64,000 nucleotides of DNA from Candidatus Hodarchaeota archaeon (GCA_016840035.1 JAEOTC010000038.1:32001-96000), one strand, 5' to 3'; positions 39,659 to 49,934 are shown, counted from the first letter of the stretch. Notes: generated by a model not told the origin, from the sequence alone. Made by a program: numbers and translations.

Positions 39659-40663
39659 TTATTCAAGTTTAGAGAATAGTCCGGGGATTAGGAATGCTAT
39701 ACAAAATGCAATGACAAAATAAGATAGAAAGTTAGTCACCTGAGTAATCCATACGAGTTCAGGCTGAAATTCCATCGCAATATTATCAATCCCTTTTGCT
39801 ACAAAATATAGAACTACAACTGAAACAATTCCTATGAGAATACGAATAAAGATATTTTTAGAGCTCTCTCTTTTCGTTGAAAAATTTATATATTTTACTT
39901 CCAAGGGTTGACCAACTACTATGCCTGCTAATAGTCCTGGATAGGTTCCTAAATTAGCGTCAGCCCATACCGTAGGATCAGATAACGAGATTGTTTCATT
40001 GAATGGAATCACTGTCCCTAAAATGAGCATAATCAACCCAAGAATAGCTAATAACAAGCTAGCTAAGAGACCGTATATCATTTTCTGATTGTCTGACCAA
40101 CTCTTGCTACGTTCGCTTAAACTAGGTTCTAGTCTGGTGTACAGCCATGAAAGGAACAGACCAAACATGACACCAATTAGAATATCACTAGGCCAATGAA
40201 CTCCCAGATACGTTCTACTTAAAGGAATTGATACTAAGAATATTAACCCAATAATTAAGAGTGGTACACTTTTTACTTTCGCGAGTACATATCCCCATAT
40301 AGCACCTTGAGTTTGTGAATGTCCCGAGGGAAAAGAATATCCATTTGCACTCCAAACCGTTTCCTGACCTAGTACATTTGTAGTAACCTGAAAATCCTCA
40401 GCGTTATACACAAATGGGCGGGGATTATGAAAGAATATCTTCGCTACATAGTTTAAATGAGCAGAGAAAACAAGTAGATATATCAATTTTGTCATGAACT
40501 CTTTATCTAGGGTATAATAGAGTAATACTAGGATTATTAGAATCGGGAAAGTATTTCCAAGAGTTGTCACAACCCCAAAGTAGATATCAAGGAATTCATT
40601 TGATAATCCCTGAATTAAATCCAAAATACTTTCACCCAATGGGCCAAATAGGAGATCAGACAT
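39659..40663 (-). CDS. PAP2-family membrane phosphatase
   Basis: KIFFHNPRP, SFPSGH, SRTYLGVHWPSD. Confidence 0.92.
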   Translation of the reverse strand: MSDLLFGPLGESILDLIQGLSNEFLDIYFGVVTTLGNTFPILIILVLLYYTLDKEFMTKLIYLLVFSAHLNYVAKIFFHNPRPFVYNAEDFQVTTNVLGQETVWSANGYSFPSGHSQTQGAIWGYVLAKVKSVPLLIIGLIFLVSIPLSRTYLGVHWPSDILIGVMFGLFLSWLYTRLEPSLSERSKSWSDNQKMIYGLLASLLLAILGLIMLILGTVIPFNETISLSDPTVWADANLGTYPGLLAGIVVGQPLEVKYINFSTKRESSKNIFIRILIGIVSVVVLYFVAKGIDNIAMEFQPELVWITQVTNFLSYFVIAFCIAFLIPGLFSKLE

Positions 40664-40848
40664 GATTAAACACCAGTTTTGATTTTGAGTAAAAGATTAC
40701 ATTTAAACTTTCTTCCCCAATATTTCTATAATATACCAGATTCTACTGGAAAGCATTCATAGAAATGCAAAATAATTATCAATAAGTTAATTTCTTAACT
40801 CATTATTCGATAATCAGTGGTTTACTTATCTTTTCGATGTGATATTTC

Positions 40849-41598
40849 GTGAGTGAATCAGAATCAATTGTATGTCCAAACTGTAGTGAAAGGAGTCCAG
40901 CTGGTTATATCTTATGCCCTTACTGTGGCTTTGATCTAACAAAAATACTGCGTCAGAGGCAGAAAATTGGAATTACCTTCAAAGAGCGATTTTCACGGAT
41001 TTGGAGAAGTCTTTCAGATCCTCGTGATAGTAAAATTCTATTCAATGAAATTGGAGTAAATCCAGATAGGTTAGGAGTGCTAATTCTATTATACCTTGTC
41101 TCAGTTTCGTATTCAACCGCTACAGTTGGAACTCTTGTAATAAAAGGGAGTAGTTCTTCTTGGCATGATTTTCACTTCTTTTATTTCCTTATTTCACCCT
41201 GGCTTGTTGGGATAGGCTTCCTGTTTTTGGCTTTATTTGGTTGGTTAATTTGCACACTCGTTATTTGGTTAATTGCCAAAACCCTTGGGGGAAAAGCAAG
41301 TTTACGTGACACGTATAGTATAGTGGGATATTCATTTGGCCCACTTATTACAGCTTCGTTGCTAATTTCTGTAGTAATTATTCTGCTTGGGAGTCCTCTG
41401 GAAATCGGTGATACTTTATCTTCCTCTGGTTACGGTATCTTTCATATACTCTATTTACCTTTCATAGCATTCTGTGCATATCATTGTGGGAATGGCCTTC
41501 AGTCTGGACATTTACTAAACCCAACGTACTCCTACATTCTTTCAGGTACAGTGGCAGGAGGATTTGCTATTTTATACCTAATTCCTGTTCTGGGTTGA
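40849..41598 (+). CDS. Zinc-ribbon plus Yip1-domain membrane protein
   Basis: CPNC...CPYC, then about 5 TM helices with AKTLGGKASLRDTYSIVGYS. Confidence 0.75.
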   Translation: MSESESIVCPNCSERSPAGYILCPYCGFDLTKILRQRQKIGITFKERFSRIWRSLSDPRDSKILFNEIGVNPDRLGVLILLYLVSVSYSTATVGTLVIKGSSSSWHDFHFFYFLISPWLVGIGFLFLALFGWLICTLVIWLIAKTLGGKASLRDTYSIVGYSFGPLITASLLISVVIILLGSPLEIGDTLSSSGYGIFHILYLPFIAFCAYHCGNGLQSGHLLNPTYSYILSGTVAGGFAILYLIPVLG

Positions 41599-41607
41599 TA
41601 AAATAGA

Positions 41608-42642
41608 TTAGGAATCAAAATATACTTGAAATTTTAGTGGTTTAGAAAGTGAGGGATCAATTACACGAAGTATAGCTTCTGAGTCAATAATTTCATTCAA
41701 TCTCTTTGAAGTCTCACTAATCGTCTGTGTTCCAGAGATCATTACCATTTCCTTCCCTAAATTAAATGAATACCGTAATTGGTTCATAAAATCACCTATT
41801 AGCTGATCGATTGCTGATCTTACAGGAATAGCATTTAGTTGGTATTCACTAGAACAAACAAAACAGTCATCACGACGGGAAAGCTCGACAGCAGTAAATA
41901 CACCAGCGGTTCCATCCCAAAATAAGTATTCTTTGAGTGAAGGTAACTCTAAAATAATTTTCAATGTTTCTTGGGCCATCAATCCGCCTATTACAAAGGA
42001 AACACTGGATACTGATGGAATAACGTCATCAACAGGTTTCTTTTTGCGAGATTCTTTTCGTTGGTCCCCAAAAGGAGTACATGCCTTTTGAAGCTCTTCC
42101 TCTGGTATCAATGATTGACACTCTAAACAGGCATTTTCATGTGGGATAATCACCTGGAGATTACCTAAGAAACCAAACATCCCTCCTGACACTAGTGGAA
42201 GATCGTGCTCAACCACGTATGAATTAATCCATCTTCGATCAACGAATGTATCCAATCCTTCTACAATCACAGTCGCAGTTTCTAAATCAGCTTTTGTTAC
42301 ATCTTGAATTTTCATATTTAGAGGGGTAACTCTCAATTCAGGATTAATTTTCGATAACTCTCGTGCAGCTACTTCAACCTTCGATTTACCTACATCTTCC
42401 ATACGGAATAGTAACTGTCGATTTAGATTGCTAATCTCAATTGAATCGAAATCCACTAATACAAGTTCTCCTACTCCGGCCATCGCTAGTGAAACAGCTG
42501 CTACTGAACCCAAAGCTCCCAAACCTACAATTATTACCTTTCCCTTGTGTATTTTCTCTTGATCCCAATTTTCTATGAGTGTTTGCCTATCATACCTGAT
42601 TTTCTGGGATTCGTGAGTAAAATTGTTCATATTGTTCCCCAA
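41608..42642 (-). CDS. Ubiquitin-activating E1-like enzyme (ThiF/UBA)
   Basis: RYDRQ, GLGALG, DFDSIEISNLNRQLLF, CLEC, likely catalytic ACTP, CFVC and a C-terminal domain. Confidence 0.92.
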   Translation of the reverse strand: MGNNMNNFTHESQKIRYDRQTLIENWDQEKIHKGKVIIVGLGALGSVAAVSLAMAGVGELVLVDFDSIEISNLNRQLLFRMEDVGKSKVEVAARELSKINPELRVTPLNMKIQDVTKADLETATVIVEGLDTFVDRRWINSYVVEHDLPLVSGGMFGFLGNLQVIIPHENACLECQSLIPEEELQKACTPFGDQRKESRKKKPVDDVIPSVSSVSFVIGGLMAQETLKIILELPSLKEYLFWDGTAGVFTAVELSRRDDCFVCSSEYQLNAIPVRSAIDQLIGDFMNQLRYSFNLGKEMVMISGTQTISETSKRLNEIIDSEAILRVIDPSLSKPLKFQVYFDS

Positions 42643-42851
42643 ATTGACTGATGAAAGACTTTGTTTAATTTTTTTCTTCAGCTTTATTATATTAAGGACG
42701 ATTTTAAATCATCTTGGAAAGAGTAACCCAACAAACTCAATGCAGCTGTGAATGAATATTGAAAAACGATTGCGTACAATCGCTATGGTATCCATATTTC
42801 AATAGAAAAGAATTACTCAAGAAGAAAAATAAGAAAAAAAGAGAAAGACAA

Positions 42852-43094
42852 TTATTTAACCGTTCCACCGGTTGTTCTCGTAATCATGTATAATTTATCT
42901 AAATCTTCAATACCCGCGGATTTTAATGTCTCGCTCTCATCAAGCTGTTTTCCCTGAAAAACTAAAATCACTGAACGGGCAGGAATACGTTTTTGTTGTG
43001 CAACGCGCTCTTTAATAGATGCTAATGATTCAGTTTTTTCACAAGTAAGCGTTATCTGTCCTCCTCCAATTGCTTGGACAATATTTATCTGCAT
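42852..43094 (-). CDS. Ubiquitin-like protein (GG followed by a TVK extension)
   Basis: MQINI...IKERV...IP...LVFQGKQLDE..TL..AGI...RTTGG ubiquitin pattern. Confidence 0.9.
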   Translation of the reverse strand: MQINIVQAIGGGQITLTCEKTESLASIKERVAQQKRIPARSVILVFQGKQLDESETLKSAGIEDLDKLYMITRTTGGTVK

Positions 43095-43273
43095 TTTTGA
43101 TTCCCAGCTAAGTATTTCTTGTTTAATCTAGTGATGTTCTTCATATCAAATTTTGAAGTTACTTCGACTAAGCCCACTAAGATCATAGGCCGAGAGCTTA
43201 TAAAAGATACGAAAGGGGATTATGAAACTCTGAAGAATCATATTGATCTTATGATATTTCAACATAAATGTTT

Positions 43274-44077
43274 CTATTCTTCTTCATCATCCTCGAGAAA
43301 TTCTATTCCTTCATTTGTAATCTGGAATGTTAATGTTTTCGTAGTATGTTTTGTACCTCTCATTTTACTGATTCGGAGGATTCGCATCATTTCTCCTCGC
43401 ACAGATAACATATCCAAATGTATTATAGAATCGGCAATATACTCTTCCCCAAAAATCGATGTGCCCGTATTACTAGGAAGCTCTGATATCGCAAGTGTAG
43501 TTACATTAAGGGAGGCAATATTGGTTAAGAAACCCGTAGTAATTTTTCTCAAGAAGCCCTGGTCATTCCCGTAGTCATAAAACCGAAAAGCCGCAAGTGG
43601 ATCAATAACTATCCGTTCTATCTTCTTTTCCTCGACTACTTGACTGATGTGATAGAAAACACGATGGAGGAATGTAGGTAAAGATGTCTCATCATATGGT
43701 ACTCCTTCGGTTTCCATAATAAATGGTGAGTCTTCTGACATATTGAGACTATCAGGATCCCATAATTCCCAACCTGAAGGTGTAAAATCTAGCATGATAA
43801 TTTTTTCGGGTTCCACATAGTGATTGTGATCAAAAAATAAAAAATTACTCGCATCTCGACGGATAGCCCACGGAGGCTCTTGCATAGCTATAAGTAATCC
43901 ATTTTCATTCTTTAACGCCCCATCTGATAAAAAATGTAGACCAAAAATAGTTTTACCAGCTCCTGCTGGTCCAATAATCAAATTTGTTGAACCTTTGATA
44001 AACCCACCTTGAGTAAGTTCATCTAGATTTGGTATGCCGCTAGTTACACGTATTTTTTCAAACAAATGATGCCACAT
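43274..44077 (-). CDS. KaiC/RAD55-like single-domain ATPase
   Basis: TSGIPNLDELTQGG, GPAGAGKT, RIVIDP, EEYIAD, RISKMRG. Confidence 0.88.
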   Translation of the reverse strand: MWHHLFEKIRVTSGIPNLDELTQGGFIKGSTNLIIGPAGAGKTIFGLHFLSDGALKNENGLLIAMQEPPWAIRRDASNFLFFDHNHYVEPEKIIMLDFTPSGWELWDPDSLNMSEDSPFIMETEGVPYDETSLPTFLHRVFYHISQVVEEKKIERIVIDPLAAFRFYDYGNDQGFLRKITTGFLTNIASLNVTTLAISELPSNTGTSIFGEEYIADSIIHLDMLSVRGEMMRILRISKMRGTKHTTKTLTFQITNEGIEFLEDDEEE

Positions 44078-44183
44078 TTCCTCTATGGGATTCTAGAGAA
44101 AAATAGCATTTCCTTCTTTATTAGTTAAACTCAATTCGAAATCCGCTTGAATCACACTAATTTGTAGGAAAGTTCATTCTTAA

Positions 44184-44801
44184 CTAGATTTGAGTCTGTT
44201 CAACAACGACTTTTCGATATTTTATCATTTCTTTGACAAGGTATGCGAATGCAGCTTCAAGATTTTCCCCGCTTCTAATTCCTCCGGGATCTGTTGCTAC
44301 CGTTCCAAATATTTGATATGTATACTCTTTTAGATGCGCTTCAACGAATGCTTTCAGGATGAAGTCAGGAGAAAGTGCGATTGGCAAATCCTGTTTATTT
44401 GCAATCACTAAGATAGGTATTTTACCTGGTATCAATCGTAAAGCTTCATCCAACCACTGTTCATCATTTCTAAAATTCCTTTGAGAACTATCGACAATAA
44501 AAACTATCCCATCAGCTGTTCTTACAAATCGTTCATGGTATCGCATATCTAAAAACCGCTTCTGCCCACCCACATCAATTAACCCTAACACAGCAGAATC
44601 TATCTCAACATGAGATACTCCAAAGGCTATTGTTGGTTTAATATTTCTTGGGGCTGGATACCCATGTTCCAAATAGAAAGCGATGGAGGATTTCCCTACT
44701 CCGCTGGTACCAAGAAGTATCACCGAAAATATGTTATCAGATGAAGTCTGCATATGGAAATGAATCCTAGTATTACTACTAATGGCTGAAATAGTACTCA
44801 A
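44184..44801 (-). CDS. Arf/Arl-like small GTPase
   Basis: GTSGVGKS, PTIAF, DVGGQ, FIVDSS, ANKQDL. Confidence 0.85.
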   Translation of the reverse strand: MSTISAISSNTRIHFHMQTSSDNIFSVILLGTSGVGKSSIAFYLEHGYPAPRNIKPTIAFGVSHVEIDSAVLGLIDVGGQKRFLDMRYHERFVRTADGIVFIVDSSQRNFRNDEQWLDEALRLIPGKIPILVIANKQDLPIALSPDFILKAFVEAHLKEYTYQIFGTVATDPGGIRSGENLEAAFAYLVKEMIKYRKVVVEQTQI

Positions 44802-44982
44802 ACATTAGAGATATTAGTGTAAGTTAAATCTCCTATACACTAATTGAAAATGGAATCGAAACTTTAAAAGAGATTCCAAACTAAAATTAATATTAAGAAC
44901 TTGGAAAACTAACTAGTTATTTCAATAGAAATTTATGAGGATATTTTCCTATGAAAATTAGTTTTTATTTTTCCCTTTGTGA

Positions 44983-45372
44983 ATGAAAATGAACCAGAAA
45001 TCTCGCGAAATTAAAATTGAATCACTAAAGACTCCGAAAGGAGATGTACCGACTGTAAAAGGATTGGAATTGGTAATGGAACTGTTCTTTTCTGAATATA
45101 ACAAATTGGGATCTGTTATAGATTCCCTTCAGAAGAAAATTGGAGATTTATCAGGTGAGATTTCGAAACAATCAAAGCTAATGACCGATTTTGGAAAAAA
45201 TTTTTCAGATTTGATTGTAATTTTAGGGAACTTTGAACGTAAAATCGAACAACAACAATCTGCTACAGCAAATACCCGTCTCATGGAAACGACTGATTTA
45301 TTAACCTTAAAAAAGGACTTATCTCAAATTTTAACAAAATTAGAGTCATTGCTGACAATTAATGAAAGGTAA
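44983..45372 (+). CDS. Hypothetical coiled-coil protein
   Basis: 129-aa heptad-rich ORF overlapping the RING gene. Confidence 0.6.
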   Translation: MKMNQKSREIKIESLKTPKGDVPTVKGLELVMELFFSEYNKLGSVIDSLQKKIGDLSGEISKQSKLMTDFGKNFSDLIVILGNFERKIEQQQSATANTRLMETTDLLTLKKDLSQILTKLESLLTINER

Positions 45373-45595
45373 AGGCAATCCTATGAAACAAACTAGTATA
45401 AAACTAATTTCAAGTCCAATTGGATCTTGGAATCCATTTCAGACTCCCTCTAAGTGCATTATCTGTTGGAAACCGATGAAAGAGAGTGAACCTTTGATGG
45501 AGTGTCCCCACTGCCATAGTAGAGCCCACCAAGAGCACATGCTGCGCTGGTTAGCAAAGAAAGGTTATTGTCCTTTCTGTAACAATAAGTGGTAA
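45362..45595 (+). CDS. Small RING-type zinc finger protein (E3-like)
   Basis: CIIC...CPHC...HQEH...WL...CPFC. Confidence 0.8.
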   Translation: MKGKGNPMKQTSIKLISSPIGSWNPFQTPSKCIICWKPMKESEPLMECPHCHSRAHQEHMLRWLAKKGYCPFCNNKW

Positions 45596-45596
45596 T

Positions 45597-46049
45597 ATGA
45601 AGGAACTTATACATCTACCTAAAGTCATTAAAAAATTGGAACAGAACCTAGAAGGTTATTTAGGTAAGCTATTCCCGACACGAGAACGAACTTTACCTGT
45701 AAAAAAAATGAAAAGGGAAAATAATACGATAATGACATGGAATGTGTATCCTAATCCTCCTGAAAAAATTAACAAAATTTTTGTAGACTTAGAAAAAATA
45801 ATTTCGAGAATTCTCAAACATCCTATTGATGGGGAACTAATCTGTTATGAGATTAAGGCTGGTCAAATTCTTGATGGAGGAGTTAATGCCTTTTCAATAC
45901 TTCAAGGATTCAACTGGGATTTATACCTGTACCAACCTGAAATTTTCATATACATTAGGTTACAACATGAATCAGACCTTGATGTAACCAATGAATGGAT
46001 TTCAATTGATATTGACCTAGTTAATAATTCGGCCTGGTTCCTTGACTAG
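45597..46049 (+). CDS. Hypothetical protein
   Basis: 150-aa ORF starting 1 nt after the RING stop. Confidence 0.6.
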   Translation: MKELIHLPKVIKKLEQNLEGYLGKLFPTRERTLPVKKMKRENNTIMTWNVYPNPPEKINKIFVDLEKIISRILKHPIDGELICYEIKAGQILDGGVNAFSILQGFNWDLYLYQPEIFIYIRLQHESDLDVTNEWISIDIDLVNNSAWFLD

Positions 46050-46059
46050 AGTTTTCATT

Positions 46060-47004
46060 TCAAACGATTTTCCATCTCTTGGAATGGCTTTCGTATTCTG
46101 TTCGTCCTTCCACCTCCATTTCTTTGAGGAATGCATTTGCAGTTGTGGATCCCACTCCTAGTTCACTAAATGGAGATTCCCAAGATATACCAATTGTATT
46201 CATATATTCTTCTGCAATATATTGTATTTTAGCTTCCCCTTTGCTTACTAATACATCATAGATAGTATCTTTTGTGTGTTTATGTTCAAAAATTAAATTG
46301 TGAATGTACAGATCAAATGGGTGCGGAACTGGACTTTGATGGGAGGGACAAATTACTTCTGTCGTGAGATTAGATAACATTTCAAGAAGTTTCAACCGTT
46401 TTTGGGAACTGCCTGTCCCATCAATGAAGAAGGAGGCTGGTTGTTCTGGGGCAATATTAGCTTCATCACCAATAAAAGTACATTTAGCAGAATAAGCTTG
46501 TATTAAAATTGAATCTTTCGAATGACCCCCAGTAGATTGCAGAATAAGTTCTTCAGATCCAAGATCAATTGATTCACTACCACTAAAGCAAGTTATATGC
46601 TCTTCTTTAACTTTACTAATTTTTGAAAATAATGATGACTTCATTGCGAGACTGAATTTTGATGGATTCGGGAATTGCTCATCTAAAATATACTTCTGAC
46701 CTTCAGTGAGTGCTTTTTTCCCTGATTCATGGATTACAATCATCGGTTTAATTTTTGAAAGAGCACTTACTCCTGCCCAATGATCAGGGTGGGTATGAGT
46801 TAGGACTAAATACTTAATATCTGAAGTATCTCTACCTTCTTTCTTCACAAAAGATATTATATCTTTCCCAACTGATCTTGAAGGTAAATCAATTATTGCA
46901 ATCTTTTCCCCCATGACCAGATAACTGGCAAATTCTTCTTCTTGCTTACCTGTTTTTCCTACAATCCGAAAAACTCCTGGTGCCCATTCTACAAAGTTTC
47001 CCAA
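46060..47004 (-). CDS. MBL-fold metallo-hydrolase
   Basis: THTHPDH, GGHS, GDE, PSH motifs and a C-terminal winged-helix-like segment. Confidence 0.85.
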   Translation of the reverse strand: MGNFVEWAPGVFRIVGKTGKQEEEFASYLVMGEKIAIIDLPSRSVGKDIISFVKKEGRDTSDIKYLVLTHTHPDHWAGVSALSKIKPMIVIHESGKKALTEGQKYILDEQFPNPSKFSLAMKSSLFSKISKVKEEHITCFSGSESIDLGSEELILQSTGGHSKDSILIQAYSAKCTFIGDEANIAPEQPASFFIDGTGSSQKRLKLLEMLSNLTTEVICPSHQSPVPHPFDLYIHNLIFEHKHTKDTIYDVLVSKGEAKIQYIAEEYMNTIGISWESPFSELGVGSTTANAFLKEMEVEGRTEYESHSKRWKIV

Positions 47005-47177
47005 AAATATTCACCTATTTCAGTTTGATGTGACTTTTTCTGAATAAAACCCTCGTAATTTCTTTATTAATGCTTTTTGGTGGAGGAGGTCGCTTTTCTG
47101 TAAAAGATTTTCTCTGCAACAATAAAGGATAATTTTTAAAAAGAATCTCTAGAATCAAGATCGTATATGAGAGTCCT

Positions 47178-48209
47178 TTGAGGGATACCATATTGAACTT
47201 AGACGAATTAATCGAACATGGTTTTATACCAACCATTGATCCTACTTCCCCGGATTCACTAGCTAGTCAAGGAGCCAATGCTTTTCTTGCTGAATATGGA
47301 GGAGTAGTTGAAGAAGTAGCACTTGTTTGTAAAAAAGAGGACGGTTTAGTTACTTTTCGAAGTGGAGCCGCTCCTAGTGACCGTAATTATGAAAACTTTT
47401 TCACAGACTTTACCGAATTAGCTAATGACCTTGGTATGAAAACCCATGCCTTTTCCTATGCTTTTGGTGATTCTTATCTTGGATCAGATCCAAATTATTC
47501 AATAGGTCGCTCTGATGGGACACTCATGACGACTTATGTTGATCCAAGTATGGAGGGATACTGGAAACATCTTAGTCAAATTTCACGTGAGGTTGCTCGT
47601 AAACCTATTAGGTCATTAGTTCTGCAAGAATTTCTATTTCCTAGACAGGAGTTTTCTTTTTCAAAGAGAGCTGTTCGAAAATTCGCAGAATTATCAGGTG
47701 TAAGCTTAGACACGAGTTACCTTGACATTCAAAAAGACCCTTCAATTCAACGAATGTTTGAAGATTGGCGTACTGATCTCATAAGCAGAGCATTTCGTCA
47801 AGCCGTAGAAAACGCAAGAAGCGAACGTCCAAGTTTAGACATAGGCATGGTCGTACCTGTCGATCCTGAAACAGAATGGCACAACGGATTTGTGCGTCAT
47901 TATGGGATAAATCTGGATAGAATTATCGAAATTTGTGGTTATGTTATTTATCACATTATGCCCTATTCCCCTATGTACCCTGAGCCAGGTTCCCCTAGTT
48001 GGGATACTCTAACGCAAGCCCTCCGTAGTTCCAATCTCTATGAAGAAAGTGGATATAAAAAAGCCCTTTTTGTCTGGGGCTTGGATTCAGAAGACGATGT
48101 CACGTGGTTAGAAACTTTAAAACAAGAAGTTAATGCTGATAAAATATTCGCACGTCTAGAATATCCGGAGAAATATTCTGTGAAGCGTGAAATACACCGT
48201 GGGGTATAA
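47178..48209 (+). CDS. Putative TIM-barrel protein distantly like glycoside hydrolase-like family 10
   Basis: ANDLGMKTHAF, YVDPS, FSFSKRAVRKF, WRTDLI, IMPY segments; weak assignment. Confidence 0.5.
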   Translation: MRDTILNLDELIEHGFIPTIDPTSPDSLASQGANAFLAEYGGVVEEVALVCKKEDGLVTFRSGAAPSDRNYENFFTDFTELANDLGMKTHAFSYAFGDSYLGSDPNYSIGRSDGTLMTTYVDPSMEGYWKHLSQISREVARKPIRSLVLQEFLFPRQEFSFSKRAVRKFAELSGVSLDTSYLDIQKDPSIQRMFEDWRTDLISRAFRQAVENARSERPSLDIGMVVPVDPETEWHNGFVRHYGINLDRIIEICGYVIYHIMPYSPMYPEPGSPSWDTLTQALRSSNLYEESGYKKALFVWGLDSEDDVTWLETLKQEVNADKIFARLEYPEKYSVKREIHRGV

Positions 48210-48216
48210 ATCCCGA

Positions 48217-48669
48217 CTATTTTTGGTTCCAATGCGCATAACGTCGAATATAATCGCCAACCTGATTTTGAAAGACCCTTCGATTTCGCTTCCATTGGCG
48301 CGCAGCAGTCGCATTTAGGGGGTCATCGGGATTGGGACTTGTTAGAAGGAATCGAATTGTCTCCACCACCTGCACTAAACTATAAGCTGGACTCCAATCC
48401 TTCCCAAGAATACCTACACACACTTTTTCTCTGAATATGTTCACATGCCAAATGGGAGTCTTAAACCTGACCTTTGGAGGTTCAAATGGATAACTACGAG
48501 GAATTTTTATTTCAATTACAAACACTCCCCCCTCATATAACCCAGATCCTAAAATTTCACCTTTCCAGAAAGTCAAATCGTTGTTAACTGATCTAAAAGT
48601 TGGTTGTTCCCGAGTCAACTCTTGAGCTTCGATTGCAAGTCGATCTAACCATTCTTCTTCAGTTAACAG
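48217..48669 (-). CDS. Ubiquitin-conjugating enzyme E2
   Basis: YEGGVF...YPFEPPKVRFKTPIWHVNI...VCVGIL..WSP...PNPDDPLN with catalytic Cys; frame extends to a CTG at 48669 after GGTGA, giving helix 1 (WLDRLAIEAQEL). Confidence 0.93.
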   Translation of the reverse strand: MLTEEEWLDRLAIEAQELTREQPTFRSVNNDLTFWKGEILGSGLYEGGVFVIEIKIPRSYPFEPPKVRFKTPIWHVNIFREKVCVGILGKDWSPAYSLVQVVETIRFLLTSPNPDDPLNATAARQWKRNRRVFQNQVGDYIRRYAHWNQK

Positions 48670-48916
48670 ATCTTTTTCACCCTTATTTTTCTCTATATTA
48701 AAGGACTGGAACTTTGTTAATAAGTATAAGCAAATGAACCTTAATTATTACTTTCAATAGATTGGGTATAAAATTAGGTTTATAGGAAAGATGAATTCTA
48801 GAAAAGACATAATCTGACAATAACATTTTTATTTATTTCAGAAGGCATAAACTTACAATCAAACTTCCCTATACCACAATCTCCGAAAAAAAATACTTGA
48901 AAGGTGACTCTGTTAA

Positions 48917-49213
48917 ATGAGTGAAGCATACTTAGACATCCTCGAGAGGTTTACAAAGATCCAAGAAATTATGATTCTAGATGATAAGGAGTATCGGAAA
49001 AATCCGAAAAAAACCGCCAGAATCGCAAGCATGCTAGTAATGGCGAGTCTTTATTCGAGATTCTCCTTAGATCGTCAATATGCAGTATTCAAAGCCATGA
49101 AACAATCGATGCGTGAGAAGCTTGATAGTTTTAAGGCACTAGGGGATTCCGTTGATGATATTGCAGCAACCCTGATTTATGCATCTGAAGTTAATAAAAG
49201 CAAAACAGGCTAA
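48917..49213 (+). CDS. Hypothetical protein
   Basis: 98-aa ORF with GGTGA upstream. Confidence 0.6.
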   Translation: MSEAYLDILERFTKIQEIMILDDKEYRKNPKKTARIASMLVMASLYSRFSLDRQYAVFKAMKQSMREKLDSFKALGDSVDDIAATLIYASEVNKSKTG

Positions 49214-49934
49214 TGATCAGAATTTCTAGTCAATACAGGTTATTAATCATTAAACCCGATTTCATCCACGATAATTCTTCTTTTCCTTTACTCTTATATT
49301 TGGATTAGATAGCCATTCAGTAGACTAATTCAACAATAGAAGGAATTGGTTGGTATGTCTACAATCTAAGCTGGTATTAGAACTTAAATAGTAATCTACC
49401 AGTTGAAATGCAATCTATACAAAGAAGAATTAAGAGGGGGGAGGGAGGGGATCCAGCGCTAATAAAAAACAGAGTTTTTTGGCACGCTGAATCCCAAGGT
49501 ATTCTCGTTTTTCTTCCAACCATACTAGAAGTGAATGATTGGACAAGAAAGCTTCCGTTGTAGAACTATATAATATTTTTTGTAAGGTACCCGAAAAAAG
49601 CCCTCTTTCTCTTTGCAGATAATATACTTACTTCGTACTTAGTTCTCTCGAATAGCATTTAGCTTAGATTTCTATCAACTAGTAACAAAATCCTTAGAGA
49701 GTATTTAAGCTCGAAAGAATTTTAAACACTCCCTTATTTGCTTTTTCTGAGGCGAAATAACATGTGGGATTGCCAAATGCTTGAATCACTTTGAACTCTT
49801 TTCTGGTCTCTTTCAAGCTAATGTTTTACTTCGCCTAAGCAGAATTGAAACACGGAATTTTGCGGATCCCTCAACTCCTCTCTTAATTATATTTGATAAT
49901 TATAATAGTAGAAGTAAAAATCAGTATTTAGGAT

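Noticed and set aside
43119-43574. 151-aa plus-strand ORF and similar antisense ORFs (e.g. 1719-2165, 32236-32604, 56597-57055)
   Set aside because: Antisense to well-supported genes.
43274-44077. Circadian clock KaiC
   Set aside because: Single-domain KaiC/RAD55-like ATPases are common in archaea, and no kaiA or kaiB is present.
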